This document shows positions 29,206-44,359 of a stretch of DNA of 64,000 nucleotides, piece by piece. Source of the DNA: Octopus vulgaris (lineage: Eukaryota). Each line of letters starts with the position of its first letter. Positions within the stretch are counted from its first letter, which is position 1. The stretch covers positions 38,874,001 through 38,938,000 of the forward strand of contig OX597836.1 in assembly GCA_951406725.2 (NCBI GenBank). Reading direction: 5' to 3'. Below the pieces are notes generated by a model that made no database searches, was not told the origin of the DNA, and saw only the letters and a program-made list of their open reading frames with translations. Both the position numbers and the translations under genes were made by a program.

Positions 29206-29719
29206 AGAAGAAGAAGAAGGAGAAGAAGAAGAAGAAGAAGAAGAAGAAGAAGAAGAAGAAGAAGAAGAAGAAGAAAAACAACAACAACAACAACAACCGA
29301 GTTCAACACAAGACAACTGAAGAGGGCCGAAAGTACAACAAGCAAAACGTAGAAGAATCAACAATAGAGACAGGGCCACCATTCCCTCTAATATAAACAG
29401 TATACAGACATAAATTCCTCATCTCACAAATATGGAATTGTGCAAGTAGATAAGGATTGAATGGAGAGGAATTATAAATTCTGAACATTTGATGGGGAAA
29501 TTGTTGTCGATTAGTAGCACGACAGACATTCTTGGAGGAATGGCAAATGGTGGATGGGAAGTGGGTTGTAGATTTCGGGTGGCAGAGAATGGCATATTAT
29601 CAGTGAATTGTGAAAACATTATTCCTCTTAACTATAGGATGGTGCTCTTGTGAATTTGCTAGAAAAAGATATACTTTTCTTTTTCTTTTTTTTTATCTCA
29701 CACGCGATTTATCTATGAT

Positions 29720-29766
<47 letters not shown>

Positions 29767-29816
29767 CACAAACACATAGGCACACACATACAGTCACACA
29801 CACAGGCATTTGCACA

Positions 29817-29847
<31 letters not shown>

Positions 29848-30568
29848 GTGTGTATGTGTGTGTAGGTGTTTATGTGCGTGTCTATTTTAATGCTTGTATG
29901 TATCATATGTACGTATATATTAGTGTGAGTGTGTGTGCCTATGTGTGCGTAATGTATATGTAACTATCTATCTCTTTGTCTGCCTGTCAGTCTTCTGTCT
30001 GTCTGTCTGTCTCTCTTTCTGTAAATATATATGCATGTGTGTGTGTGCATGCATGTGTATGTATGTATGTAGTGTATGTATGTATGTATGTATGTATGTA
30101 TGTATGTATGTATGTATGCATGTATGTATGCATGTATGTATGTATGTATGTACGCATGCATGCATGTATGTATGCATGTATGTATGTATGTATGTATGCA
30201 TGTATGTATGTATGTATGTATGTATGTATGTATGTATGTATGTACGTATGTATACATGCGGTCATGTTTAAGTGTTTGTGTATATGTTTGTATGAATGTG
30301 TCTATCTATTTGCGTGTGCGTGCAAGTATATATGTATGTATGTACGCATGTATGTATGTATGTATGTATGTATGTATGTATGTATGTATGTATGTATATA
30401 TGTATGTATGCATGTATGCATGTATGTATGTATGCATGTATGTATGTATGTATGTATGCATGCATGCATGTATGTATGTATATATGCATGTATGCATGTA
30501 TGTATGTATATATGTATGTATGTATGTATGTATTTCTCTGTATCTGTCTCTGTCTCTCTCTGTCTCTC

Positions 30569-30617
<49 letters not shown>

Positions 30618-30947
30618 GAACACACGAAATTTTATCCTTATTTTTGTCTTCTAAGCTGTTAAATAACGAATAGGCCGACCTCTATCAAAGAACAAAGGTC
30701 CCCCATTGAAATTTGATAAAGTCCTACAGAGAACATTAGGAAAGCTTTGAACAATTCACATCAAGTCTTTTTATTTGCGTTTTCATGGCAAGATCAATAC
30801 CTAATCAATTACATCAATAATTATAGGTATGCATTAGAAAGCCATAATTAAGTTACTGAAGCTGAAGGTACAGATGCAACTACCGATATATACATACATA
30901 CATATATACATATATATACACACACACATATATATATACATATACAT

Positions 30948-31023
<76 letters not shown>

Positions 31024-31040
31024 ATATATATATATATATT
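29720..31040. repeat. Microsatellite field: (CA)n, (TATG)n, (TC)n, (TA)n
   Basis: Simple repeats seen directly. Confidence 0.95.
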
Positions 31041-31283
31041 AGTTTGATGTGATTCTCACATTTCCTGTTCCTGCACTAAATTGCGCAGCAGTCCATTGCC
31101 ATTGTCTACCCGTCACATGAATATATTCGTGATTTGTTCATTTGATAGCTCATGGATCTTTTGTGCGAAGGTTCCATTAATATTTTCACATGTTGGTAAG
31201 TGTGATTGCCAGTGACGAGCTGTTGTTCTTTTGCCACAAGTTAAGCCTGCTTCAGAAGATCAATGATCAAAAGGTATTCCAAT

Positions 31284-31703
31284 AAGGCGGCCAGCTGGTA
31301 GAAACGTTAGCACGCCGGGCGAAATGCTTAGCAGTATTTCGTCTGACGCTACCTTCTGAGTTCAAATTCCGCCGAGGTCGACTTTGCCTTTCATCCTTTC
31401 GGGGTCGATTAAATAAATACCAGTTACGCACTGGGGTCGATATAATCGACTTAATCCGTTTGTCTGTCCTTGTTTGTCCTCTCTGTGTTTAGCCCCTTGT
31501 GGGTAGTAAAGAAATAAGTATTTCGTCTGCCGCTACGTTCTGAGTTCAAATTCCGCCGAGGTCGACTTTGCCTTTCATCCTTTCGGGGTCGATAAATTAA
31601 GTACCAGTTACGCACTGGTGTCGATATTATCGACTTAATCAGTTTGTCTGTCCTTGTTTGTCCCCTCTGTGTTTAGCCCCTTGTGGGTAGTAAAGAAATA
31701 GGT
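31284..31703 (+). mobile_element. SINE family B dimer inside one TSD
   Basis: Head plus a second 184-bp unit restarting at 31519; direct repeat AGGTATTCCAAT at 31272 and 31700. Confidence 0.92.
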
Positions 31704-32419
31704 ATTCCAATCATGACCATCCCGCTTTGTTTTTGTATGTCAAGAACTACAATACTATTCAGGTGAGATGCGAGCAAAAGACAGCAAAAAAAGCAAAGCA
31801 AAAATAGTATAAATATAGAGATAATGTAATTACATTGCAACGGAGGAAATATCAATGTAATTACGTTACAGTGGAGGAAAGTCAAAATAATTGACGTTTC
31901 GGACTGTTGTCTATCATCAAAATAGTTGAAAAAAGAAGAGAAAGAATAAAACTGTAACGAAATATTGGAAGAAAATGTTGCACGTTCAATCTTAGTGTGG
32001 AGACTGATTCACAGTAGTGCTACTCACCTTCATCCTGCATTTTATTTTCAAATAAAAGAAAGGAGAATATTTCAAATTTCTATTTATGTCGATTTAGTCA
32101 ACGAAGTTTAGCACTTAATAATTTTTAGTGCTTCTCACAACTTATGTTCAATCTCCATACTTTATAAATGTATTACATTTATTCGACATGCTATTGTTGT
32201 ATGTACATATATATGTTTTCGTGTATCTGCATGTGAGGTGTCTACAATTATTGGTGCCTATCTCCTTAAGAGTACGATTGAGTGAATGTGTTTGAGTGTA
32301 TGTGTGTGAGAGAGAGTGTGTGGTGTGTGTGTGTGTGTGTGTGTGTGGGGTTTCCACGTTTGATATCGAAATATCTACTTTCAAAAATAGCTTATTCTAC
32401 ATGTACCATTGTGTTACAC

Positions 32420-35310
<2,891 letters not shown>

Positions 35311-35507
35311 TGCGTATGTGACTCTGTGCATGTATATCTAACACTGGCTCGTCTCTCAGCTGGAGTTTTGGAGTTAAAAGACCAGTGAAAGAAATCGAGA
35401 GATGAAAGCCGAAAGATATAAAGCTAAGAACAGACTAAACCACTTTCAGTGCAATCATTGGTTTTTGTGCTTCGTTTCATCATTTCTTTCATCTTTTCTA
35501 TATTGCT

Positions 35508-36170
35508 TGAGGCAATGGCAGTAAATGATTTAAGACTATTCATTAACAATTAAAGATTAAAGGTAAACCATCAATCACTATCACGGTACAGCGGTAGATT
35601 GTCAGGGAACGTGTGTTGGCATTAGAGACACTAAAGGTAAATGATTTACGATTCGCGATTGACTAAAGACTAAGCATAAATCTCCATCACAGTATCTTGA
35701 AATGTCATCACGAAACAAGGTTAGTATTAGAGGCACTGAGGGTAAATGATTTATGAGTATTCATTAACAATTAAAGATTAAAGGCAAACCATCAATCACT
35801 ATCACGGTACAGTGATAGATTGCCAGGGAACGTGTGTTGGCATTAGAGACACTAAAGGCAAATGATTTACAATTCGCGATTGACTAAAGACTAAGCATAA
35901 ATCTCCATCACAGTATCCTGAAATGTCATCACGAAACAAGGTTAGTATTAGAGGCACTGAGGGTAAATGATTTATGAGTATTCGCGAATAACTAAAGACT
36001 AACCATTAATCGCCATCACGGAATCCTGGCAGATTGTCACGAAACAAGGGTTAGCATTAGAAGCACTGATGATGAATGATTTATTACTATTCGCTAAATA
36101 CTAAAGACTAATCATTAATCTTCAGACTAATCATTATCAATCCCTGAAAGATTGTCGCGAAACAAGGCTG
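35508..36170. repeat. Minisatellite, ~110-bp monomer, six units, 221-bp higher-order dimer
   Basis: TAAATGATTT-like anchor at ~35522, 35638, 35743, 35859, 35964, 36074 (spacing about 116/105/116/105/110). Confidence 0.88.
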
Positions 36171-37490
36171 AGCGTAATTCACATAAAACAAATATTCTTA
36201 CTACAAGAAGAACTGTCAGCATAAACCTTCTTGCAAGTCGCATTGTAAATGATTTCAGCAACATCATGTCTTGTGGGAAAAGGATACCTGGGGAATATTT
36301 ACCAACAGCTGCAGATGCTTAAGCGCAATCTACCTTCCCCGTCTCAACTTGGGTGTTTAAAGGCATTCTTATCACTCTTATTGATCAGATATTGTATAGC
36401 TATCATCTGTTCTTTTATATTAACATTCTATGTGAAATGTGATGTATCTATAACAAGACCAAGAGACATGGCTCTCTTTGTTAATGATGTTCGCATTCTC
36501 TAGCTTGCGGAATAAGTACCCATGTTTAAGAAAGGTAATCTAGCTACGCTTGAAACACACGGAGCAGCTGTACACTCAGAATATATATTTGTTCTTCTTA
36601 GTCTCACCCACATCACTCGTGGGCGTCGACTCCAACTTGAGAACAAATTTGTTTCATTGGAGTTTTCATAGCTAAAATCTTGAACCAACAGCACGGTTTG
36701 TCAGACCACGCACAGGATGTTTTCACAAGACATCACTCGTGTGGCAGGCCGTTGCTCACAATGGTCTCATCTGTCTTTTGGTAAGTCTTATTTTAGTCCG
36801 ACAGAATGTCTACAACACCTACCTTACCTGGTAAGCCAGGTGAGGAAACACATTTAGTAGCCGACCATCCAACTATGAAACAGATAGACTTGGGTTTCAT
36901 GGCACCAGTAACAGGATTTCATTGACCTAACCTGATAGAGTACCTATTTAATTTTCACCTTTTTATGACTTTATTTCAGTGTTACTCAAAGTTGTTTGGG
37001 CAGGCCTTATTTCTTTAACTTCACCTTTACCGTTAACATTCCTCCAATCAGTTTCACAGTATCTCCCCGAACTGACATGGGACCTACCACTCGTGGTCAA
37101 TATCTTAGTCTTGATCTCAAAGCTATGGATCTCTTCAAATGTCCACACATTCATACAGTCACAAATTCCTGTCTTGACTTAAACTGTAGTCCTGTTATTT
37201 CGTTAGTGACTGAATAGGGTTAGTCGTTTTACGAAGATCTTCAATGGGCTTCATACATCATATATACACATAAATACTTACATACTTAGTGACTTTGAGA
37301 ATGTTGATACTAGCACTGTCTCTACAAAAGCATTATGGAACATGATCTTATTGGATATCGACAGCGCTTTTTGATTGATACCTTTTGGAGTCTACTGAAA
37401 TATTTATTAGCTCCTGTAACTTAACTCTAACCCCAGTCTTTGCAATATTTTAGTCAAATCTGTGATACTTGAATAATTCTTAATTAAAGA

Positions 37491-37873
37491 CTAGCAGTAT
37501 CGCCCGGCGTTGCTCGGGTTTGTAAGGGAAATAACTATAAAGCATTTTTAGAGAGTTATAGCCAAAAAATAGAAAAAAAATGGAAAAAAAATTATGGTAA
37601 ATTTTTTTGTGAGTTAAAAAGGTCGAGTTGCGTCCCCTAGACAGTCTGTGGTTTGTGTTTCTGATTCTCGATCCCATGTCGAATTTATCAATTTTTTTCA
37701 GAACTGGGGGAACTTTTCAAAATTTTCGCTGCGTTAGTTTTGAATTATGACATTGGGCTATGTGTGTGTCAAGTTTCATCAGAATCGGTTGAAAGCCGTG
37801 GTCAGGGTGAGGGTACAAGCTAACAGACACACAGACACGCAGACAGACAAACTGCCGTTTATATAGAGAGAGA
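37491..37873 (-). mobile_element. Non-autonomous Helitron, complete, same family as 17397-17775
   Basis: Reverse complement with 5' TC, hairpin CCCGAGCAACGCCGGG, 3' CTAG and an A|T target. Confidence 0.9.
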
Positions 37874-38469
37874 TAGCGAGTGATAGGCATCTCGTTGACA
37901 TCCATATTTCGCGTATAGTCAACAATCTTTTCCCGATTAACTCAAACCCAATTCCTCTTGGTGCCGTGAATGTTGCAAAAGTACAGCTTAAAGGAATGAA
38001 CAGAAAATCAAGTATGAGCAGCACTAATGCTCTTTCCTCGGCAAACTTTAGTATGTAGCGTTTACATGTCGACTACAATACTGACAAGGGGCTCACTGCT
38101 ATGAGGAAAAGCATTGTAGACAAGCTGTCAGCAAGGAATATTCTCGTCAGTAACCAAGTTGTGTTTGTGATTACAGTCGTAGCTTCAGCTCTACAAAATC
38201 AAAATTCACAGTCTGCAGAAAGCCTTGTTGGTAATGCATGCTATTAGATCTGATTAGTTTATCAGCTCTGAGAAGCAATTGTGTATTAGCTCTTAATTAC
38301 ATGTTGAATAGCAATTTCCTGTGGTTGTGTAACATTGGCTAATTGTAACGCTTTGATAATTCGACCGTATAGTGTACTGTCACAAGGTTTCTGATAGGTT
38401 AGTCACGCTACACTGAAGTTTTTGCTTTTGTTTACTGTTTTTATTGCATCATATTGTTGATTAGTATCA

Positions 38470-38471
<2 letters not shown>

Positions 38472-38515
<44 letters not shown>

Positions 38516-38764
38516 GCGCCCTTTTAAAACCTAGCCAGGCTCATGGGCCCGGTTTCCCGGTTTCAATGGCATATATGTTCCCCAGCTGGACGGGACGCCA
38601 GTCCATCGCAGCGTTACTCATTTTTGCCGGCTGAGTGGACTGGAGCAACGTGAAATGAAGTGTTTTGCTCAAGAACACAACGCGTCCCCCTGTCCAGGAA
38701 TCGAAACCACAATCTTACGGTCATGATGCTGACACCCTAACCACTAAGCCACGCGCCTCCACCG
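38472..38764 (-). mobile_element. tRNA-derived SINE with V-domain-like body, ending in a TTA repeat
   Basis: Minus-strand head GGTGGAGGCGCGTGGCTTAGTGGTTAGGG, GTTTCGATTCC; GCTGCGATGGACTGGCGTCCCGTCCAG motif; 3' half shared with 41214-41528. Confidence 0.85.
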
Positions 38765-38889
38765 ATTAGTATCTGCGCAATATAAATTCATACTTCTCAT
38801 TTTCCACGAGCTTATTCAGATCTTATTGTTCGTGGCACAATGATCTTATTCGTATAGATTCTGGCAGGGTATTGTAATATCACACAATA

Positions 38890-39260
38890 TCACACAACAT
38901 AACAGCAATTTTACAACAATACCACACAAAACTGTGATATGAGAGGTGCTGCAGAATTGAAGGAATTTTGTCAGAACATGGCAGCATTACAAGAAACAGT
39001 TGATGCGTGATTGATTGTCTTGTTACTGATATTATGAAGCATCGCAGGTTAATATTTCAAGGAGAGCGTCCTTGTAGTAAAACCGCTAATGGCTTAAAGA
39101 AAGATAGATGCAACATAAATGATATATAGCTATTTTGTATGCGACCTGAAAATATAAGGAAGAAGAAAAAAAAGACTCATTTTGTGAAGAACGTTGATCT
39201 TGATGTGACATTCTAAAAGGATATAAGATGATGTTTGGTCAAAATAAATGTTCTTACCCG
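38890..39260 (+). repeat. Old dispersed repeat, inverted partner of 42805-43180
   Basis: GGAATTTTGTCA..CATGGC..ATTACAAGA, CGTGATTGATTG, TTTCAAGGAGAGC, CTATTTTGTAT.CGACCTGAAA and TTTGTGAAGAAC.TTGATCTT all recur reverse-complemented. Confidence 0.75.
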
Positions 39261-39407
39261 TGGATCGCATTTTTTTTACCAATATACAATCTGTCGGTTT
39301 CTAACCCAGAAGTAGAGCTCTTCCATCGGAATTTAGATAAAGTTACCTAGGTAGTCGTGAAAGTATGTATGCATGTATGTATGTATGTATGTATGTATGT
39401 ATGTATG

Positions 39408-39441
<34 letters not shown>

Positions 39442-39446
39442 TGTAT

Positions 39447-39676
39447 CTCTTTTACTATTTTACTTGTTTCAGTCATTTGACTGCGGCCATGCTGGAGCTC
39501 GGCCTTTAGTCGAGCAAATCGACCCCAGGACTTATTATTTGTAAGCCTAGTACTTATTCTATCGGCCTCTTTTGCCGAACCGCTAGGTTACGGGGACGTA
39601 AACACACCAGCACCGGTTGTCAAGCGATGTTGGGGGGACAAATACAGATACACAAACACACACACACACACACATA

Positions 39677-39717
<41 letters not shown>

Positions 39718-39934
39718 CTCTCTATATATATACACATATATACGACGGGCTTCTTTCAGTCTCCGTCTACCAAATCCACTCACAAGGCTTTGGTCGGCTC
39801 GAGGCTATAGTAGAAGACACTCGCCCAAGGTGCCATGCAGTGGGACTGAACCCGGAACCATGTGGTTGGTAAGCAAGCTACTTACCACACAGTCACTCCT
39901 ACGCCTATACTTACCACACGGTCACTCCTACGCC

Positions 39935-39937
<3 letters not shown>
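39447..39937 (-). mobile_element. SINE family A with duplicated 29-bp 5' end, inserted in (TATG)n
   Basis: Family A reverse complement; CTTACCACAC.GTCACTCCTACGCCTATA occurs twice at 39881-39938; (TATG)n on both sides. Confidence 0.9.
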
Positions 39938-39968
<31 letters not shown>

Positions 39969-40010
39969 TGTATGTATGTATGTATGTATGTATGCATATA
40001 TGTACAATAT

Positions 40011-40310
40011 GGTGAAGGCGTGTGGTTTAATGGTTAGAGTATTCGACTCATGATCGTTAGATCGTGTGTTCGATTCCCGGCGGCGCGTTGTGCCCTTGAG
40101 TAAGATACTGTATTTCAAGTTGCTTCAGTCTACTCAGGTGGCAAAAATGAATAACACCTGTACTTCAAAGGGCCAGCCTTGTATCACGCTGAAACTCCCT
40201 GAGAACTGCATTAAAGGAACACGTGTCTGTGGAGTGCTCAGCCACTTGCATGTTAATTTAACGAGTAGGCTGTTCCGTTGATCGGATCAACTATAACACT
40301 GGGCATCGGT
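40011..40310 (+). mobile_element. tRNA-derived SINE, family D
   Basis: GGTGAAGGCGTGTGGTTTAATGGTTAG head, GTTCGATTCC B-box; matches 750-1050. Confidence 0.8.
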
Positions 40311-40339
40311 CAAGGAATACTTTCAGAAGAGTGGTTCTT

Positions 40340-40705
40340 TTCCAACACTTATGATTCTGAAAGAGCCCCTTCGGTCATGAATAACCATGGGATTGCACCA
40401 AGGAAGCTCCTCTTCGAAGCACAAGTCAGGCCAAGGTTGTTTGTGGAAGACCAGCAGCCGCCCATGCATGCAAGCCTCCCCTCTCTCTTCATGTCACTGA
40501 TGTTATCCAAGGGAAAGGCAAAGGGGCCGATACAGATTGGCACCAGTGACGTCGCAACTCATTTCTACATAAGAGTGAACTGGAGTAAGGTGAAATTAAA
40601 GTATCTTGCTTAAGAACACAACAAACAGCCCGGTCTGGGAATCGAACTCACTACTTTATGTTTCTGAGCCCGACATTCTAACCACTGTGCCAAGCGCCTT
40701 TACAC
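40340..40705 (-). mobile_element. tRNA-derived SINE, family E
   Basis: Matches 26110-26455. Confidence 0.8.
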
Positions 40706-41213
40706 TTTTTTTATCTTATTTTTCTTATATTTTTGCAAATTCGATCCTTTGATGCATTACGGCAATTGGTGGTTAATGGGTGTTTTTGAAGGGACATAAT
40801 TTCATGTAAACACTGTTTTAACCCTTTGAACGCATAAAGCTGATATATCCACTCAAAATTTTATAATTACTAACTGAGAAGGCGTTTTTACACCAGGGCT
40901 TGGACAAGAAGGGAGACACCCCTAGTGGCACATTTTACAAAAGACATTTTTTTCAGATTTAAAATATGATTTCACATATTTCATCAAATATCTCTTTATA
41001 TAGCAAGAATCAAATACTTTTAATAATGAATATGAAAACCTTACCCACAAGAAATACTGAAAAAGTATCACAGAAGCAGAAGATTTCACTTCATTTTTTG
41101 TTGGACAATTAACATCATTATGCTGATGACCATGAAATTTAACTACGCAGAAAATGGGTTAATTGATGCTAAACTTTTACTTTCCCATTTTCGTTTAGGT
41201 AGAAGCACTCATG

Positions 41214-41528
41214 GGGAGGCGCAATGGCCCAGTGGTTAGGGCAGCGGACTCGTGGTCGGAGGATCGCGGTTTCGATTCCCAGACCGGGCGTTGTGTGTGT
41301 TTATTGAGCGAAAACACCTAAAGCTCCATGAGGCTCCGGCAGGAGGTGGTGGTGACCCCTGTTGTACACTTTCGCCCCAACTTCCTCTCACTCTTTCTTC
41401 CTTTTTCTTGAGTAACGCTGCGATGGACTGGCGTCCCGTCCAGCTGGGGGGAACACATACGCCACAGAAACCGGGAAACCGGGCCCATGAGACTGGCTAG
41501 GCTTGAAAAGGGCGCATAAATAAATAAA
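41214..41528 (+). mobile_element. tRNA-derived SINE, family C (V-domain-like), TAAA tail
   Basis: A-box TGGCCCAGTGG, B-box GTTTCGATTCC, GCTGCGATGGACTGGCGTCCCGTCCAG, tail GGGCGCATAAATAAATAAA; flanked by AGAAGCA on both sides. Confidence 0.85.
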
Positions 41529-41845
41529 GAAGCAGTCATTATAATTGGTGTTGTAGAAAAAAATTTTAGTGGTGGTTAATAGTTGTCGTGTTTAAACCTC
41601 AATAGCTCTTATGGTACCTAACGTCTAATCGAATACTCGATATGCTAGTATGAGTTCTAGCACAACACACAATGCAAATAAACTGATTTATTACATGAAG
41701 AGAGTGCTGTAGATCATTTTACTGTTTATCTGGATGCTATACACCCTGGCAATACGTTCTTTACTACTAGTTTCATCATAGGGTATATTTTCATCTATCT
41801 CTAGGTACATACACCATTTCTTGTCATTCATATACCTGATATATA

Positions 41846-42078
41846 CATTTCGTTACTACCCACAATGGGCTAAACACAGAGAGGACAAACAAAGACAGAC
41901 AAACCGATTAAGTCGATTATATCGACCCCAGTGCGTAACTGGTACTTAATTTATCAACCCCGAAAGGATGAAAGACAAAGTCGACCTCGGCGGAATTTGA
42001 ACTCGGAACGTAACGGCAGACGAAATACGGCTACGCATTTCGCCCGGCATGCTAACGTTTCTACCAGCTCACCACCTT
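41846..42078 (-). mobile_element. SINE family B, full length
   Basis: Family B reverse complement; direct repeat TACCTGATATA at 41833 and 42082. Confidence 0.9.
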
Positions 42079-42469
42079 CTGTACCTGATATACAGAGATG
42101 TCATTAGACGGGTTTGTAGCTTTCCTGCATTCTTCTTTTTCTTTCGCTGCTTTCGCAGATTCCCGTGATTCTCTCTCGTATTCATCCAATTCCATTACTA
42201 TGAATTTGAATTAGGAACTTGAATCATTGTGAATCTTTCATTAGCTGATTACACAACCATGGATGCTACCCCTATGAATGCGTTGCAGTTACTCTCCTGA
42301 TAGAGCATCGGGACCCTAACCGTTGATCTTCTAGGATTCCTCAGTTCAGCATCAGTGTAAGAAACACCATTGGCTCAGTTGAGCTCTTTCGCTACCTCTT
42401 CACCATGTGCCATGCTGCAGTCCCATGACCTCACCGTATCCCTTGCAGGGTGGCTGAACGAGTATTATA

Positions 42470-42700
42470 CCTATTCTTTATTACCCACAAGGACTTAACA
42501 TAGAGGGGACAAACAAGGACAGAAAAACGGATTAAGTCGATTACATCGACCCCAGTACGTAACTGGTACTTATTTAATCGACCCCGAAAGGATGAAAGGC
42601 CAAGTCGACCTCGGTGGAATTTGAACTCACAACGTAACGGCAGACGAAATACTGCTAAGCATTTCGTCCGGCGTGCTAACAATTCTGCCAGCTCGCCACC
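42470..42700 (-). mobile_element. SINE family B, full length
   Basis: TSD TGAACG(A/G)GTATTATACCT at 42455 and 42702. Confidence 0.9.
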
Positions 42701-43396
42701 CTGAACGGGTATTATACCTTGCTCATGACTATGCAGGGTACAGTTGTCACACCGTGAGATATTTTCAAAATAGCCGCATACACATTCCCGCCTTCTACAA
42801 TCAGGAAAGAACATCTATTTTGGTCAAACATCATCGAATTATGTTTTGAAGATGTTACAGAAAGATCAAGGTTCTTCACAAAGTTCCATTCTTCATACCT
42901 TAATCTTTCAGGTCGTATACAAAATAGTTATATCTCATTTACGATGTTTCTGTCTTCCTTTAAGCCAGTAGCAGGCTTAATACAAGTATTAGAAGTTTCA
43001 CACAGAGAAGCTCTCCTTGAAATTTAATCCTACGACTCAACGTAATATCATTTACAAAGCAATCAATCACGTCTCCACAGTGTCTTGTAATTCAGCCATG
43101 CTGTGACAAAATTCCTCCGCTCCCGCAGCATCTCACATATCACACTTTTGTGCGATATTGCTGTGATGATATTGTTTTCATGTCAGTGTCTGTCTGTCTG
43201 TCGCTATGCATGTGTCTATGTATGATTGTATGTATATCTACAAATTATATCTTGCAAAGAGGATCACACTGACGATCTACAGATATATTGTGTAAGTAAA
43301 ATTACGTTCTTTATTACTAGTTTCGTCATAGGGTACATCTTCATCTATCTCTAGGTACATACACCATTTCTTGTCATTCATATACCTCATATATAT

Positions 43397-43561
43397 ATTT
43401 CTTTGCTACCCACAATGGGCTAAACAGAGAGAGGACAAACAAGGACAGACAAACGGATTAAGTCGATTATATCGACCCCAGTGCGTAACTGGTACTTAAT
43501 TTATCGACCCCGAAAGGATGGAAGGCAAAGTCGACCTCGGCGGAATTTGAACTCAGAACGT
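43397..43561 (-). mobile_element. SINE family B, 5'-truncated, sharing its 3' flank with the 41846 copy
   Basis: 43303-43397 matches 41753-41847. Confidence 0.85.
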
Positions 43562-43737
43562 GTGTTGGCATCACAATTATTTGTGATTAATCTATATTTT
43601 TGTTATTTTTCATTTGTCTTTCTCGCTTACGTTTCTGGTGTGCTAAATTTTCTGGAGAACAATTCTTAGTGGTTGAGACCGTAGCGGATCTTCTTCTAGT
43701 ATAAGGGTTTCTACATAGTGGTTAAAAAATTCCCACT

Positions 43738-43769
<32 letters not shown>

Positions 43770-44359
43770 TGTATGTATGTATGTATGTATGTATGTACTC
43801 TTCCTTTTAAATTATTTGAATTCTTGCTCTGAAAAAGAGGCTCGTTTCTAACAAAGATACAAATCTCCATCGTTGGAATGTAGATAACAGAAACAACGTC
43901 ACATTTTAAACTTGAGAAAAATCTTGCATATCTTTACTGTTACCCTTACAGACTGTATTTGTGACGTGCGATGTAGTTGGTTGATTTTTTTCCCGTGAGC
44001 CTTAGCGTACCCAGATTGTTACTTATACATTTACTCACAAAACTAAATGTACCAGTTATTATTGGTATAAATGTGAATTTGTAATACGGATAAAGAAGCT
44101 GGCAGTTTCGAAGCTGTTATCCATAGTTATCCTCTTCTTTGGTAACATGTAATCCGGTGATTTCTGCTATACAATACAGTCGTCAGTAATTCAACCGGCA
44201 ATACCACTAAGCTTGCTTAGTGAGGAGGGTGATTAGATATTCTGCTTTGATGAAAAACAAAACCTGTCAAAGGTCGGATGAACTCATTAAAGTCAATAGC
44301 CATCCTATACTGTGTGCACGAGGTTGGTCCGACTATTTCTTATGTAGTTCTATATTGCC

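Noticed and set aside
29318-29352. CTGAAGA-GGGCC-GAAA hammerhead-like string, and weaker ones near 12577 and 22625
   Set aside because: No stem II or cleavage triplet can be formed convincingly.
35508-36170. Tandem hammerhead (retrozyme) or CRISPR reading of the minisatellite
   Set aside because: CTGATGA occurs in only one unit and stems I and II do not pair; whole units repeat with no unique spacers; the context is eukaryotic.
41214-41290. tRNA-like sequences with A and B boxes (also 38690-38764, 40011-40085)
   Set aside because: They continue into SINE bodies and lack a clean acceptor stem and terminator; these are SINE heads, not tRNA genes.
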